A DNA stretch of 64,000 bases. Source: Verrucomicrobiota bacterium (GTDB lineage: Bacteria; Verrucomicrobiota; Verrucomicrobiia; Limisphaerales; JACPZS01). Shown here in pieces: positions 23,111-31,966 of this stretch (the first letter of the stretch is position 1; each line of letters starts with the position of its first letter). A program made the translations under genes and the position numbers. The notes beneath the pieces were generated by a model, which saw nothing but the letters and a program-made list of their open reading frames with translations, was not told the origin of the DNA and did no database searches. The stretch is from the NCBI GenBank assembly GCA_016195385.1, contig JACPZS010000068.1, forward strand, positions 3,919 through 67,918. Direction: 5' to 3'.

Positions 23111-24730
23111 TCAGGGCTTCGGCCGCTTCGAATTTATTCCGGAGGGAGTCGGCAAATTTTCGAGCTGTTTGATCGCTTCGGCCGCGCTCTGTTCATCGAC
23201 TTTCCCGCGCAACACAAAATCGATGAGCGGTTTCAACGCGAGGTTGTTGTAAACCGTCTTGTCGATCACATGGGCCGACTTTTGGCCGGGGAATTTGATG
23301 AACAGCGGCACCTTGCGATAGCGGAGGTCAGCCTTCCAGTTCTTGACGACCTCATCGGGATCGCTCCGCCAGCTATGGTCACCCGTCACGACGATCATCG
23401 CGTCGTCGTATTTGCCGGACGCCTTCAAGCGCTCGACGATCTCTCCGATGAGCCTGTCCATGTATATCAAGTGTCGGTGATAATCTTCCGCCGTGCCGCG
23501 CAAGCCGGCGAGCAGTTCGCCTTTGGGATACGGCCCGTGGTAGGAACCGTCTTCGTTCAAGACGAACGGCCCGTGCGGCAGCGGCCAATGGAAAAACGCG
23601 AACGTGTTGCGCGGGCTTTCGTCGAGCAAACGAAAGCTTTCATCGCGCAGCCAGCGGTTGATGTTGAACCAGCGCTCACTGTGCAGACGCGCGATTAACA
23701 CCCGCCGGACATGGTCGGTGAAGGGATCGGTGAGCTTGTCGAGGTTGGTGATCAATTTCTCCACCATGCGCCCCGGCAAGCCTTCGATGCGCGGGAATAC
23801 CGCAAACGTCCGGCAATAGTCCACCTGATTGCCGAGCATGGTGGCATAGGGCAGATAGAACCCCTGCATCGCCGTGACGTAGCCGGCTTCCTTGGCCGAC
23901 TTGAAGATGCTGGGGAAATTTTTGGCGGCTGTTTTCTTCCCATCCATTTCGAAGAAAGCCGCGCGCTTGCCGATGTCGAGCCGTTGATCGTTTTGGAAAA
24001 CCATCGCCGGCAGCGAATGGAGCGTGCGCGACGAGAATGACCAGGTGCGTTGAAAATCAAACGACTCCTCGCGCAAACGCCGCAAGTTCACGAGTTCCGG
24101 CACGAGCGCGCCATCCTTGAACGAGCGCCGGTACGACCATTCGTCGAAAACGAAAACGAAGATGGGGTGCTTGCCCGCGGCGGATTGAACCGATTGCGGG
24201 ATTGTCGGGCGCAAGGCGGGATCGGATTCCTGCGGGGTGCTCCACGGTTGGGTGGAGAGGAGCTGGAAGAACAAAATCGGCACAAGCGGCGAGAAGACGA
24301 TGCAGACATTCGCCGCGCGCCGCACCAATTGGAGTCGGGGTTTCCAAAACGAGTAAGCCGTTACCGAGAATACGCCCAGCCAGATGATCACCCAGCCCGC
24401 CTGGAGGCGAATCGTCATGTCATCGTGTGGCAGGAAGCGGGCAGGGAAAAGCGTTAAAGCCCCGTTTGCAAAAACAATCAGAAACAGGTGGTTGAAAATT
24501 TTTCGAGGGAGATCCGCCTTGAGCGCGCGCAGAATTTCTGAAGCGCCCAGCGCCAGGACGGCCAGCAGGATCACGTCGAGCACCAGTGCCAGCGCATCGT
24601 TGGCCTGCCAGAGATAGTAATAGCGATTCTCGTCGATGAGCCAGAAGGCGATCTGTTTGGCGAACGTCAACAGCGCGACCACGAGCGCGACGATGGCTTT
24701 CTGGACAAGGGTGGGGCGATCTTTGATCAT
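23111..24730 (-). CDS. Membrane-anchored sulfatase/alkaline-phosphatase superfamily protein (LTA-synthase/phosphotransferase-like)
   Basis: Five N-terminal TM helices followed by a periplasmic domain with HPIFVFVFDEWSY and MIVVTGDHSWRSD motifs. It lies 8 nt downstream of the methyltransferase gene on the same strand. Confidence 0.6.
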   Translation of the reverse strand: MIKDRPTLVQKAIVALVVALLTFAKQIAFWLIDENRYYYLWQANDALALVLDVILLAVLALGASEILRALKADLPRKIFNHLFLIVFANGALTLFPARFLPHDDMTIRLQAGWVIIWLGVFSVTAYSFWKPRLQLVRRAANVCIVFSPLVPILFFQLLSTQPWSTPQESDPALRPTIPQSVQSAAGKHPIFVFVFDEWSYRRSFKDGALVPELVNLRRLREESFDFQRTWSFSSRTLHSLPAMVFQNDQRLDIGKRAAFFEMDGKKTAAKNFPSIFKSAKEAGYVTAMQGFYLPYATMLGNQVDYCRTFAVFPRIEGLPGRMVEKLITNLDKLTDPFTDHVRRVLIARLHSERWFNINRWLRDESFRLLDESPRNTFAFFHWPLPHGPFVLNEDGSYHGPYPKGELLAGLRGTAEDYHRHLIYMDRLIGEIVERLKASGKYDDAMIVVTGDHSWRSDPDEVVKNWKADLRYRKVPLFIKFPGQKSAHVIDKTVYNNLALKPLIDFVLRGKVDEQSAAEAIKQLENLPTPSGINSKRPKP

Positions 24731-24737
24731 CGAATCT

Positions 24738-26168
24738 TCATTTTCTCTTCTTGCGCAGCAGCCAGAGTGTGCGCGGCGAACCGGGTATCGGCGCTTCGCG
24801 CACCACGTCGAATTTTTCGGCGAGCACTTTCCGGCATGAATCCAGCGTAAGGCTGCCGAAGAGGTTGGCGCGGAATTGGAGAAGTTTTTTGAACATCACG
24901 TCATCCGTCGGCACAAATTCGAGCACGAGGTAATCGCGGGTCATGTCGAAGAATAGATCGCGAATGGCCGGAATGGAAAGGTTTCCGCTGACGTGCAGGT
25001 GGTGAATCAGTGCCAGCGCCAGCACGCAATCGACATCCAGCCGTTCAAAGAAACTTGGGCGCTCCAGATTCCGATGGCCAATCGCCGGGCTGGGTGTGCT
25101 GAGATCAATAACCATTGGCGAGATGGCGGCGGGACGCGCCTGCAGCCGGCGATAGAGAATTTCAATCGCGGATTGATCGCCATCGGCGGCGATGACCGAC
25201 GCGCCCGTTTCCGTGGCGAGGAAACTGTAATCCCCCGTGTTGCAGCCCATGTCGAGCACGCGGGATGGCTTGGCCAATTCCAGGAATTCTTTGACGAGAA
25301 GCTTTTTGGCTTTTTCCGCCTCGGAATCGTAGCTGCACGTCGAAGTGTAATCCGACCAGACCCCGCGCGGTTTGTACGTCGTGGCCAGCTTGCGCAGTTT
25401 GCCACGCAGGCGCTGCAAATTCATGACTTGCGCGCTGGAATTTTTGTTGGGCTTTTCCAGCGTGGCCCGGCCGTCACCAGTTTGCGCGTTGGCCTTGCGT
25501 TGAAAAATCGCCGGCAGCGTTACATCAAACAAGGCGCGCGGCAGCCAGCGTTCCAGCGGGCCGAACGAACGCGCGACCTGCTCGACGTCGCGGCCGTTGA
25601 TGTTGCCCAAAAAATAGGAACGAAAATCCCAGCCGTGATGCCGGAAGAGCAGCAGCGGAAAAGTAAACATCTGCGCGAACTGGCCGAGCGCGAACCAGAC
25701 ATCCAACCGCGCGGGCCGCTCGAATGATGAAATGTCGATGAAAGTCGGCCGCCCATTGACGAATTGGATATTGTAGGCCGTTGCGTCCTTGAGCGACACA
25801 CCGGCTTCCAGCAGTTTTAACTGAAGATCGAGCGTGTGGATGGCGGCGTCCGCCAGCATTGAAACACTCCATTCGTACGGATAACTGATCGGCGCGATCA
25901 ATTCGTGCCGCAAAAAATTTTCGTAGCCCGGATGCTCGCGGGCTAGTTCGCTTCTCAGGTTTGCGTCCTCGACGAACTGCGTGCCGACGATCAGTTTTTT
26001 TTCCAAGAGTTGCCGCAACCAGCCGCCGTTGCGCAGTTCAACCATGAGTCGCTGACAGTCGGAATCAATCGCGCGAAAGATGGTACCGTTTCGTTTGAAG
26101 ACATAGCCGGATGGGTCGCGGAATGAGCCGGCGATCCGTTCACTGGACGCAGTTGATTCGTGTGCCAT
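24738..26168 (-). CDS. Two-domain class I SAM-dependent methyltransferase
   Basis: C-terminal SAM-binding motif VLDMGCNTGDYSFLATETGASVIAAD. The N-terminal domain is of unknown function. Confidence 0.7.
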   Translation of the reverse strand: MAHESTASSERIAGSFRDPSGYVFKRNGTIFRAIDSDCQRLMVELRNGGWLRQLLEKKLIVGTQFVEDANLRSELAREHPGYENFLRHELIAPISYPYEWSVSMLADAAIHTLDLQLKLLEAGVSLKDATAYNIQFVNGRPTFIDISSFERPARLDVWFALGQFAQMFTFPLLLFRHHGWDFRSYFLGNINGRDVEQVARSFGPLERWLPRALFDVTLPAIFQRKANAQTGDGRATLEKPNKNSSAQVMNLQRLRGKLRKLATTYKPRGVWSDYTSTCSYDSEAEKAKKLLVKEFLELAKPSRVLDMGCNTGDYSFLATETGASVIAADGDQSAIEILYRRLQARPAAISPMVIDLSTPSPAIGHRNLERPSFFERLDVDCVLALALIHHLHVSGNLSIPAIRDLFFDMTRDYLVLEFVPTDDVMFKKLLQFRANLFGSLTLDSCRKVLAEKFDVVREAPIPGSPRTLWLLRKKRK

Positions 26169-26365
26169 CAGTTTTCTCAGGGTTCTGATTCGCGGCTACT
26201 GTGTCGCAGCATGTGATCGTTTTGGGACAATCGCTCAGGCCGTTGAGCCGTGCCGACCAGCCCATGCGGTCGCCAAAATGGATCGTCACAGATTGTCGGC
26301 GGTAAAGCGTAGGCGGGCCAGGAAAGCGGGAACCAGCGCGCAAAACTCCGGCACGTCTGCACTCC

Positions 26366-26575
26366 TCACTTCTTGGCCAGTTCTTCGGGCTTTGGCGAGG
26401 CTGCTTTGACGTCGGCGTCCACCGGAGTCGGTTCGGTTTTTCGGCCCGTGAAGATTCCCAGAAACTTCCACCACAGGTTCCGAAAGAAGACGAGGACGCC
26501 AATAATCCCCGCAACGATCAATTGGAGCACAATCATTCCCGATCCGGGATCAATGTAACCGAGTAACAAGTGCAT
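26366..26575 (-). CDS. Small membrane protein (MHLLLGYIDPGSGMIVLQLIVAG...)
   Basis: 69 aa with one TM helix. Trimmed to the internal ATG of the 90-aa track ORF. Confidence 0.4.
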   Translation of the reverse strand: MHLLLGYIDPGSGMIVLQLIVAGIIGVLVFFRNLWWKFLGIFTGRKTEPTPVDADVKAASPKPEELAKK

Positions 26576-27077
26576 AATTCTTTTTTCCGAACTCTGGCCG
26601 CGCAAGCTAAAGCAGCGCTTTCTCTTGTCAAGATTCAACTGCGAACCTCGACCTCGCAGCGCCCTGGTGTGGATGATTCATTCGCGCGCTTGCGTTCGCC
26701 GCGAAGGTTGGTGCAGTGCTGCTGGCCACACCATCCACCGTCCGGTTATCGGCAACGCGACTCCAAACATTTACTCAAAAAAACAATTTTCCGATTAAGT
26801 CAGCGCGTTTGATGACGGCGAAGAAGTGCGCCCCCATGTCCATTGAACGATTGTCGCCGATGATCAAATACTCGTCGTGGTTTCCGTGGTTCGTTGGGCA
26901 TCGGTGCTTCCTCGCTCCCTTGCCCCTCACTTGACCACAAAATCGAGTCACTCTCAGTTCAACGTGCAGGCAAATTCTGGTGGAGCTCGCGGAGTGGCAT
27001 TTTGGTTCTCGTCCTCGCCGGGCAGTCGTATTGGAAAAAATTTTGCAAATTTGTCTGGAGCGGCTAATGGTTGCCGC

Positions 27078-27908
27078 ATGTTGAGCATCACTCAAAGCCA
27101 GCCGGTCGTTTCCTCCGCTGGTCGCACCCACAAGCCGAAACTTCACGACAAGCAGAGCGAGCCGGATCATCGCGAGTTGCGCATCGACAAAGTCGGCGTG
27201 CGGGGATTGCGCTTTCCGATACTGATTCGCGACAAGGCGCACTCGACCCAAAACACCGTGGCGACGATTGGCATGTATGTCGATCTGCCCAAGGAATTCA
27301 AAGGCACCCACATGAGCCGGTTCATCGAAGTGCTCAACGCCCACGGCAACATGGTGCATGTCGAGAACATCACGGACATCCTTTACGCGATGCAGCGCAA
27401 GCTCCACGCGGACTCCGCGCATCTCGAAATAGAGTTCCCCTTTTTCCTCACCAAGAAAGCGCCGGTTTCCGGGCAGGAAAGTGTGATGGATTACACGGCG
27501 CGTTTCGATGCCACCGCAACGGGCAAGGAAATTGATTTCGCCCTGACAGTCATCGCCAGCGTGACCACGCTTTGTCCGTGCTCGAAAGCGATCAGCAAAT
27601 TCGGCGCGCACAACCAGCGCGGCAACGTGACCGTGAAAATCCGCTCCACCGAGGCGATTTGGATCGAGGATCTCATCGCGTTGATTGAAGCCTCCGCGAG
27701 CAGCGAGTTGTATTCTTTGCTCAAGCGCGAAGATGAAAAAGCCGTCACGGAGCGCGCTTACGAAAATCCCGTATTCGTCGAAGACCTCGTTCGCAACGTG
27801 GCGCTCAAGCTCAACGCCCATCCCTCCGTGACGTGGTATAAAGTCGAGGCCGAGAATTACGAGAGTATCCATAACCACAACGCCTACGCCTGCATCGAAA
27901 AAGGCTGA
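27078..27908 (+). CDS. folE2: GTP cyclohydrolase I type 2 (FolE2/MptA)
   Basis: GTHMSRF, CPCSK and ESIHNHNAYA motifs. The long 343-aa track ORF is trimmed to MLSITQSQP. A 500-bp leader lies upstream. Confidence 0.85.
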   Translation: MLSITQSQPVVSSAGRTHKPKLHDKQSEPDHRELRIDKVGVRGLRFPILIRDKAHSTQNTVATIGMYVDLPKEFKGTHMSRFIEVLNAHGNMVHVENITDILYAMQRKLHADSAHLEIEFPFFLTKKAPVSGQESVMDYTARFDATATGKEIDFALTVIASVTTLCPCSKAISKFGAHNQRGNVTVKIRSTEAIWIEDLIALIEASASSELYSLLKREDEKAVTERAYENPVFVEDLVRNVALKLNAHPSVTWYKVEAENYESIHNHNAYACIEKG

Positions 27909-27941
27909 ACCGCTTTGATTGTGTAAACGACCGAGGCCAGT

Positions 27942-28196
27942 TTATCGCTTCGGCGAAGTTGGAGGCTGGCGTTCTTCCGCGGCTGACGGCTGAGTTTCGC
28001 TGGCCGAAGTTCCCAGGCGATTCAAGCGCTCCGCCTGTTCACGGCTGCGGGTCGCCTTCAAAAAAACGCCAAGCACGCTGAGGATCACCATCAGGAAAAT
28101 GGCCGCGATGCCAAGGCCAATGCACCGGCCAAGGCGGCCCGGATTTGACGGCTGCTGCGGGTGGTTCGGATTCGATGCCACTGGATGCTCGCTCAC
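27942..28196 (-). CDS. Small hypothetical membrane protein
   Basis: 84 aa with one hydrophobic helix (IGLGIAAIFLMVILSVLGVFL). Same strand as, and just downstream of, the peroxiredoxin gene. Confidence 0.35.
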   Translation of the reverse strand: MSEHPVASNPNHPQQPSNPGRLGRCIGLGIAAIFLMVILSVLGVFLKATRSREQAERLNRLGTSASETQPSAAEERQPPTSPKR

Positions 28197-28258
28197 GAGG
28201 CCAGTTTAGCGCCGGAGCGAGTCGAAGCGACTGAAATTTCCACGCGACGCGGTAACGC

Positions 28259-28894
28259 CTATTTGTTCGGCTGTGGGGTGTAGCGGAGGTAGGGTTTGAC
28301 GGTGCGCGCGCCTTTGGGGAACAGCGCCGGCACATCGGCGTCCTTCACGGCTGTGACGATGATGCAGTCCTGGCCGTCCTCCCAGTTCGCCGGCGTCGCG
28401 ACTTTGAACTTCGCCGTGAGCTGGAGCGAATCAATGACGCGCAGCAATTCGAGAAAGTTCCGTCCGGTCGAAGCCGGATAGGTGAGCGTGAGTTTGACCT
28501 TTTTATCCGGCCCGATGACGAACACCGAACGCACCGTGAAAGTGTCATCCGCGTTCGGGTGAATCATGTCGTAGAGCGTGGCGACCTTGCGCTCCGGGTC
28601 GGCGATGACGGGGAAATTCATCGTCGTCTTCTGCGTCTCGTTGATGTCACCAATCCAGCCTTGATGATCCTTGAGCGCATCGACGCTGACGGCGATGACT
28701 TTCACGTTCCGCCGGTCGAACTCGGCCTTCATCTTCGCCACCGCGCCCAGCTCCGTGGTGCAGACGGGCGTGTAATCGCGTGGGTGGGAAAAAAGAATGC
28801 CCCAGCCGGAGCCGAGCCATTGGTGGAAATCAATCGTGCCATCGGTCGTGACCGCCGTGAAATTCGGAGCATCGTCGCCTAAACGCAGTGCCAT
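28259..28894 (-). CDS. 1-Cys peroxiredoxin (Prx6-type)
   Basis: FSHPRDYTPVCTTELG peroxidatic Cys motif. 211 aa. Confidence 0.9.
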   Translation of the reverse strand: MALRLGDDAPNFTAVTTDGTIDFHQWLGSGWGILFSHPRDYTPVCTTELGAVAKMKAEFDRRNVKVIAVSVDALKDHQGWIGDINETQKTTMNFPVIADPERKVATLYDMIHPNADDTFTVRSVFVIGPDKKVKLTLTYPASTGRNFLELLRVIDSLQLTAKFKVATPANWEDGQDCIIVTAVKDADVPALFPKGARTVKPYLRYTPQPNK

Positions 28895-29218
28895 AAAAAA
28901 CTTTCGTCTGATTCGTTGAGTTTGTTTGTCCGCCCGCCAATGTCCGGCGGCAGGACGGCACGGAGAATACGAACCGTGCTCGCGGTTTCAATCCCGAAGA
29001 TCGGACCAACGCGGGATCGTCCCGGGCCTCCTCGCCGGGCGAGGCGAGGAAGAATTATTTTGTGGGACTAGAACCCAGGGTAGTCGCGTCACACCGTTGC
29101 TGGGCTAATTCTTTTGCTTCGTTGGAGCTGCGGCAAGGCGCGTTTGCGTATTCGGCGTAGTTCGCGGTTTGAATTCGTGCCAATTTGTGAAAATCGTGTC
29201 ACTGCATTGCACACCCGG

Positions 29219-29419
29219 CTATTTTAGCCAGGTGATCTTGATTTGCTTTTCGAGCGGCTTGAATTCCGCGTCGCCGGTGACGAGTTCCACATTTTTGATC
29301 TTCGCCAGCGCCGCCGCAAACGTATCGGCGTAGGACAGCTTGTTCGTGGCCTTGTAAATTGCGGCCTGTTTCGTCAGATGCAGGTCGGCTTCCACCAGTT
29401 CAATCGGTAGCCGGGACAA
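29219..29419 (-). pseudogene. C-terminal fragment of a PIN-domain (VapC-like) toxin
   Basis: ...KLSYADTFAAALAKIKNVELVTGDAEFKPLEKQIKITWLK aligns to the C-terminal half of VapC (…IAAtA…LVTrN.DF). An in-frame stop lies immediately upstream. There is no N-terminal half and no antitoxin gene. Confidence 0.5.
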
Positions 29420-29516
29420 ATCGGCGGCCGGGTGATTTTAAGTGGGTGAGGCTAATTCCAGAGAGAGAGCCATTGGCGGTTGGCATACGCGCTTCTAGCA
29501 ACTACGCTTTACGCGC

Positions 29517-30593
29517 GTGTCACGAGTCATTCTCCATGTGGACATGGACGCTTTTTACGCGTCGATTGAGCAGCGCGACCGACCGGAGTTGAGCGGCCAG
29601 CCAGTCATTGTGGGAAGCCCGCCTACCCAGCGTGGGGTCGTCAGTGCCGCCAGCTACGAGGCGCGAAAATTCGGCGTGCGTTCCGCGATGCCCAGCGTGA
29701 CGGCGGCGCGGCTTTGTCCAAAAGGAATTTTCGTCAGCCCGCGCATGGCCCGGTACCGCGAGGAGTCGGCGCACATAATGGAAATCCTGGCGCGCTCCAG
29801 TGCGGTCATCGAGCCGATGTCCATTGATGAAGCGTATCTTGAATTGACCGCTTTGTTCGACGGCGCCGATCCCGACGAAAAGCTGCTCTGCGCGTTGCCG
29901 CTCGCGCGCGAATTGAAGCGCGGTATTTTCTCCGAGCGCCGGCTCACGGCGAGCATCGGCATCGCCACGAATAAATTGCTGGCCAAACTCGCCAGCGATT
30001 TCAACAAACCGAATGGACTCGCCCTCATCTCCGAACGCGACAAAGTTCTTTTCCTTCGGCCAATGTCCATTCGCGCGCTGCACGGCGTCGGCAAAGTGAC
30101 CGCCGAAGTTTTGGGCAACGCGGGCATCCAGACCGTCGGCGAGTTGCAGGATTATCCCGGCGACTTGCGCGCGCTGATTGGCTCGTTCGGGCCCAAGTTG
30201 AAGCGGTTTTCGTTCGGCGAAGATGATCGTCCGCTGGAGTTGGACGACGAGGTCAAGAGCATCAGCAGCGAGAATACTTTCCTGCGCGACACCACCGACC
30301 GACCGGTGCTGCGCGCGTGTTTGCGCGAGCAGGCCGGTGAAATCGCGGCCAAATTGAAACGCAAACAACTCGGCGCGCAGACCGTCCAAGTCAAAGTGCG
30401 CTACGGCGATTTCACTACTCTGACCCGCCAGATCAGCGTCGAGGATCCGCTCACCGAAGTGCGCGACATTTACCGGCTGGGCTGTGTGCTGCTGGCCAGG
30501 GAAAAACTGGTTTCACGCCCGCTGCGCTTGATTGGACTCGGCGTCACGAACCTCGCCGGCTATTCCGGCCGGCAACTTTATTTCAATTACTAG
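29517..30593 (+). CDS. dinB: DNA polymerase IV
   Basis: ILHVDMDAFYASIEQRDRPEL... is a canonical Y-family polymerase N-terminus. 358 aa. Confidence 0.9.
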   Translation: MSRVILHVDMDAFYASIEQRDRPELSGQPVIVGSPPTQRGVVSAASYEARKFGVRSAMPSVTAARLCPKGIFVSPRMARYREESAHIMEILARSSAVIEPMSIDEAYLELTALFDGADPDEKLLCALPLARELKRGIFSERRLTASIGIATNKLLAKLASDFNKPNGLALISERDKVLFLRPMSIRALHGVGKVTAEVLGNAGIQTVGELQDYPGDLRALIGSFGPKLKRFSFGEDDRPLELDDEVKSISSENTFLRDTTDRPVLRACLREQAGEIAAKLKRKQLGAQTVQVKVRYGDFTTLTRQISVEDPLTEVRDIYRLGCVLLAREKLVSRPLRLIGLGVTNLAGYSGRQLYFNY

Positions 30594-30721
30594 TCGAAGT
30601 CCTCAAACACGGCTGGTGAAGCCAAGCCGCGCGATCACCAGGTTCGACCGGCCCGAAATGCCAACGCGGAGTGATTGGAGTCCATGATGGGTTTGAAGAG
30701 GCGCATGATTTCTCGGTTGGC

Positions 30722-31261
30722 TTAAAACAACGCGTTGGCATCCTTCGCCCAGCGAACCGTCACTTTATGGCCAACGTATTCGGTTTGAGGTCTTGCTGCC
30801 TTGCCCTCGATCTTAAACGCCTGCTGCGCGTGCGGAAGGATTGTGAAGCCGTCGTAGTCACGCGTGTGCGAATCCACGTCAATCAATTTCCCTTGACGAT
30901 CGAAAAACTGTGCCTCCAGCCCGACGTTTTTCCACGCGAAATCGCTCCGGTTGGTTACCACTCCGACCACCGTCACCCAAAGATTGCTGCCGGACATCCG
31001 GTGGCTGAACTCAGAGTTTATCGCCACGATCTGATCTTGGTACGGGCCGAACTCACGCTTTGGGCCAACCGTTTTTTCGACGAAAGTCACCAAGCAAGCC
31101 AGCAGCACAAGCCAAAACACGGCCCAGACGTTCATCATCACCAACGGATTCTGGAGTGACCACTTTTTCTGCCAGTGTCGGCAGTGCGGACATACTTTTG
31201 CGGCTGATTTAATTACTTCCGCGCAAAGCGGGCAAACGTTCGTCTCTAGGGCCTCATTCAT
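30722..31261 (-). CDS. Membrane protein with an N-terminal zinc-ribbon (CPLC...CPHC)
   Basis: CxxC-x10-CxxC, then a TM helix (VWAVFWLVLLACLVTF), then a ~110-aa extracytoplasmic domain. It is the last gene of the flotillin-strand cluster. Confidence 0.5.
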   Translation of the reverse strand: MNEALETNVCPLCAEVIKSAAKVCPHCRHWQKKWSLQNPLVMMNVWAVFWLVLLACLVTFVEKTVGPKREFGPYQDQIVAINSEFSHRMSGSNLWVTVVGVVTNRSDFAWKNVGLEAQFFDRQGKLIDVDSHTRDYDGFTILPHAQQAFKIEGKAARPQTEYVGHKVTVRWAKDANALF

Positions 31262-31311
31262 TTTTAAGAATCAGATTTCGGCTCATCTTGAGCGCGGGCA
31301 GGTTTGCAAAC

Positions 31312-31485
31312 TTACTTCGCTGCCGCCGGTTCTGGCACCAACCGTCGTTTCGTCCGTTTTTTTGCTTCTGCCGCTTCCAGCTTGCGCAAGTGGGCGATGT
31401 ATTTGTCGGTGTCGTGGCCAAACCGGGCCGAGATTTTGTGCCGGATTCGACGCACATCTTCGACGATCAGGTTTTTTTCATTCAT
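31312..31485 (-). CDS. 57-aa basic protein (MNEKNLIVEDVRRIRHKISARFGHDTDKYIAHLRKLEAAEAKKRTKRRLVPEPAAAK)
   Basis: Too short for the ORF track (below 60 aa). Its ATG overlaps the stop of the upstream PIN-like gene by 8 nt (ATGAATGA). Possible antitoxin-like or DNA-binding partner. Confidence 0.4.
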   Translation of the reverse strand: MNEKNLIVEDVRRIRHKISARFGHDTDKYIAHLRKLEAAEAKKRTKRRLVPEPAAAK

Positions 31486-31966
31486 ACGCGCTTTCGATCA
31501 ACTGGGCGGGTGTCACCAACTCCGGCATCATCAGCCCAAGGCTTTGATTGACGAGGCGAAGATGCTGCACTTTGTTCGGATTGGCAAGATGCTGGCAGTT
31601 CCACGTCAGCACGTAATCGCAGCGGTGGAAGGACGCGACCGCCAGATGCAGTGCATCACCTTCGGGGTCACGCGGCATGGCGCGTCGGGCGATATAATGC
31701 GAAACGAGGCCGAGAACTTCGTCCGTGATTTTCAGCAATGGAATGTCATCGAGCATCGCCAGGGCGGCCTTCGAAAGTGGAAACTTCTCGTCGCGCAACT
31801 CGTCCAGTACGGCGGCGCTCGTCCACAGTTCAAACCGCTGGCGTTGCTCATCCCACCATTGCCGTGTCCAGATTCGTTGTGCCTGCTGCAACGGTCCTGG
31901 GCGTTCCTCCAAGTAAGCGCCGGGGATGGTCGTTTCGATATAGACTCGTTTTTTCGGCGTCATCAT
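31478..31966 (-). CDS. PIN-like domain protein
   Basis: VYIETTIPGAYL resembles a PIN strand-1 acidic motif, and DALHLAVASFHRCDYVLTWNCQHLAN resembles the VapC C-terminal motif with H in place of D. Its start overlaps the flotillin stop by 4 nt (ATGA). Confidence 0.5.
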   Translation of the reverse strand: MMTPKKRVYIETTIPGAYLEERPGPLQQAQRIWTRQWWDEQRQRFELWTSAAVLDELRDEKFPLSKAALAMLDDIPLLKITDEVLGLVSHYIARRAMPRDPEGDALHLAVASFHRCDYVLTWNCQHLANPNKVQHLRLVNQSLGLMMPELVTPAQLIESAYE

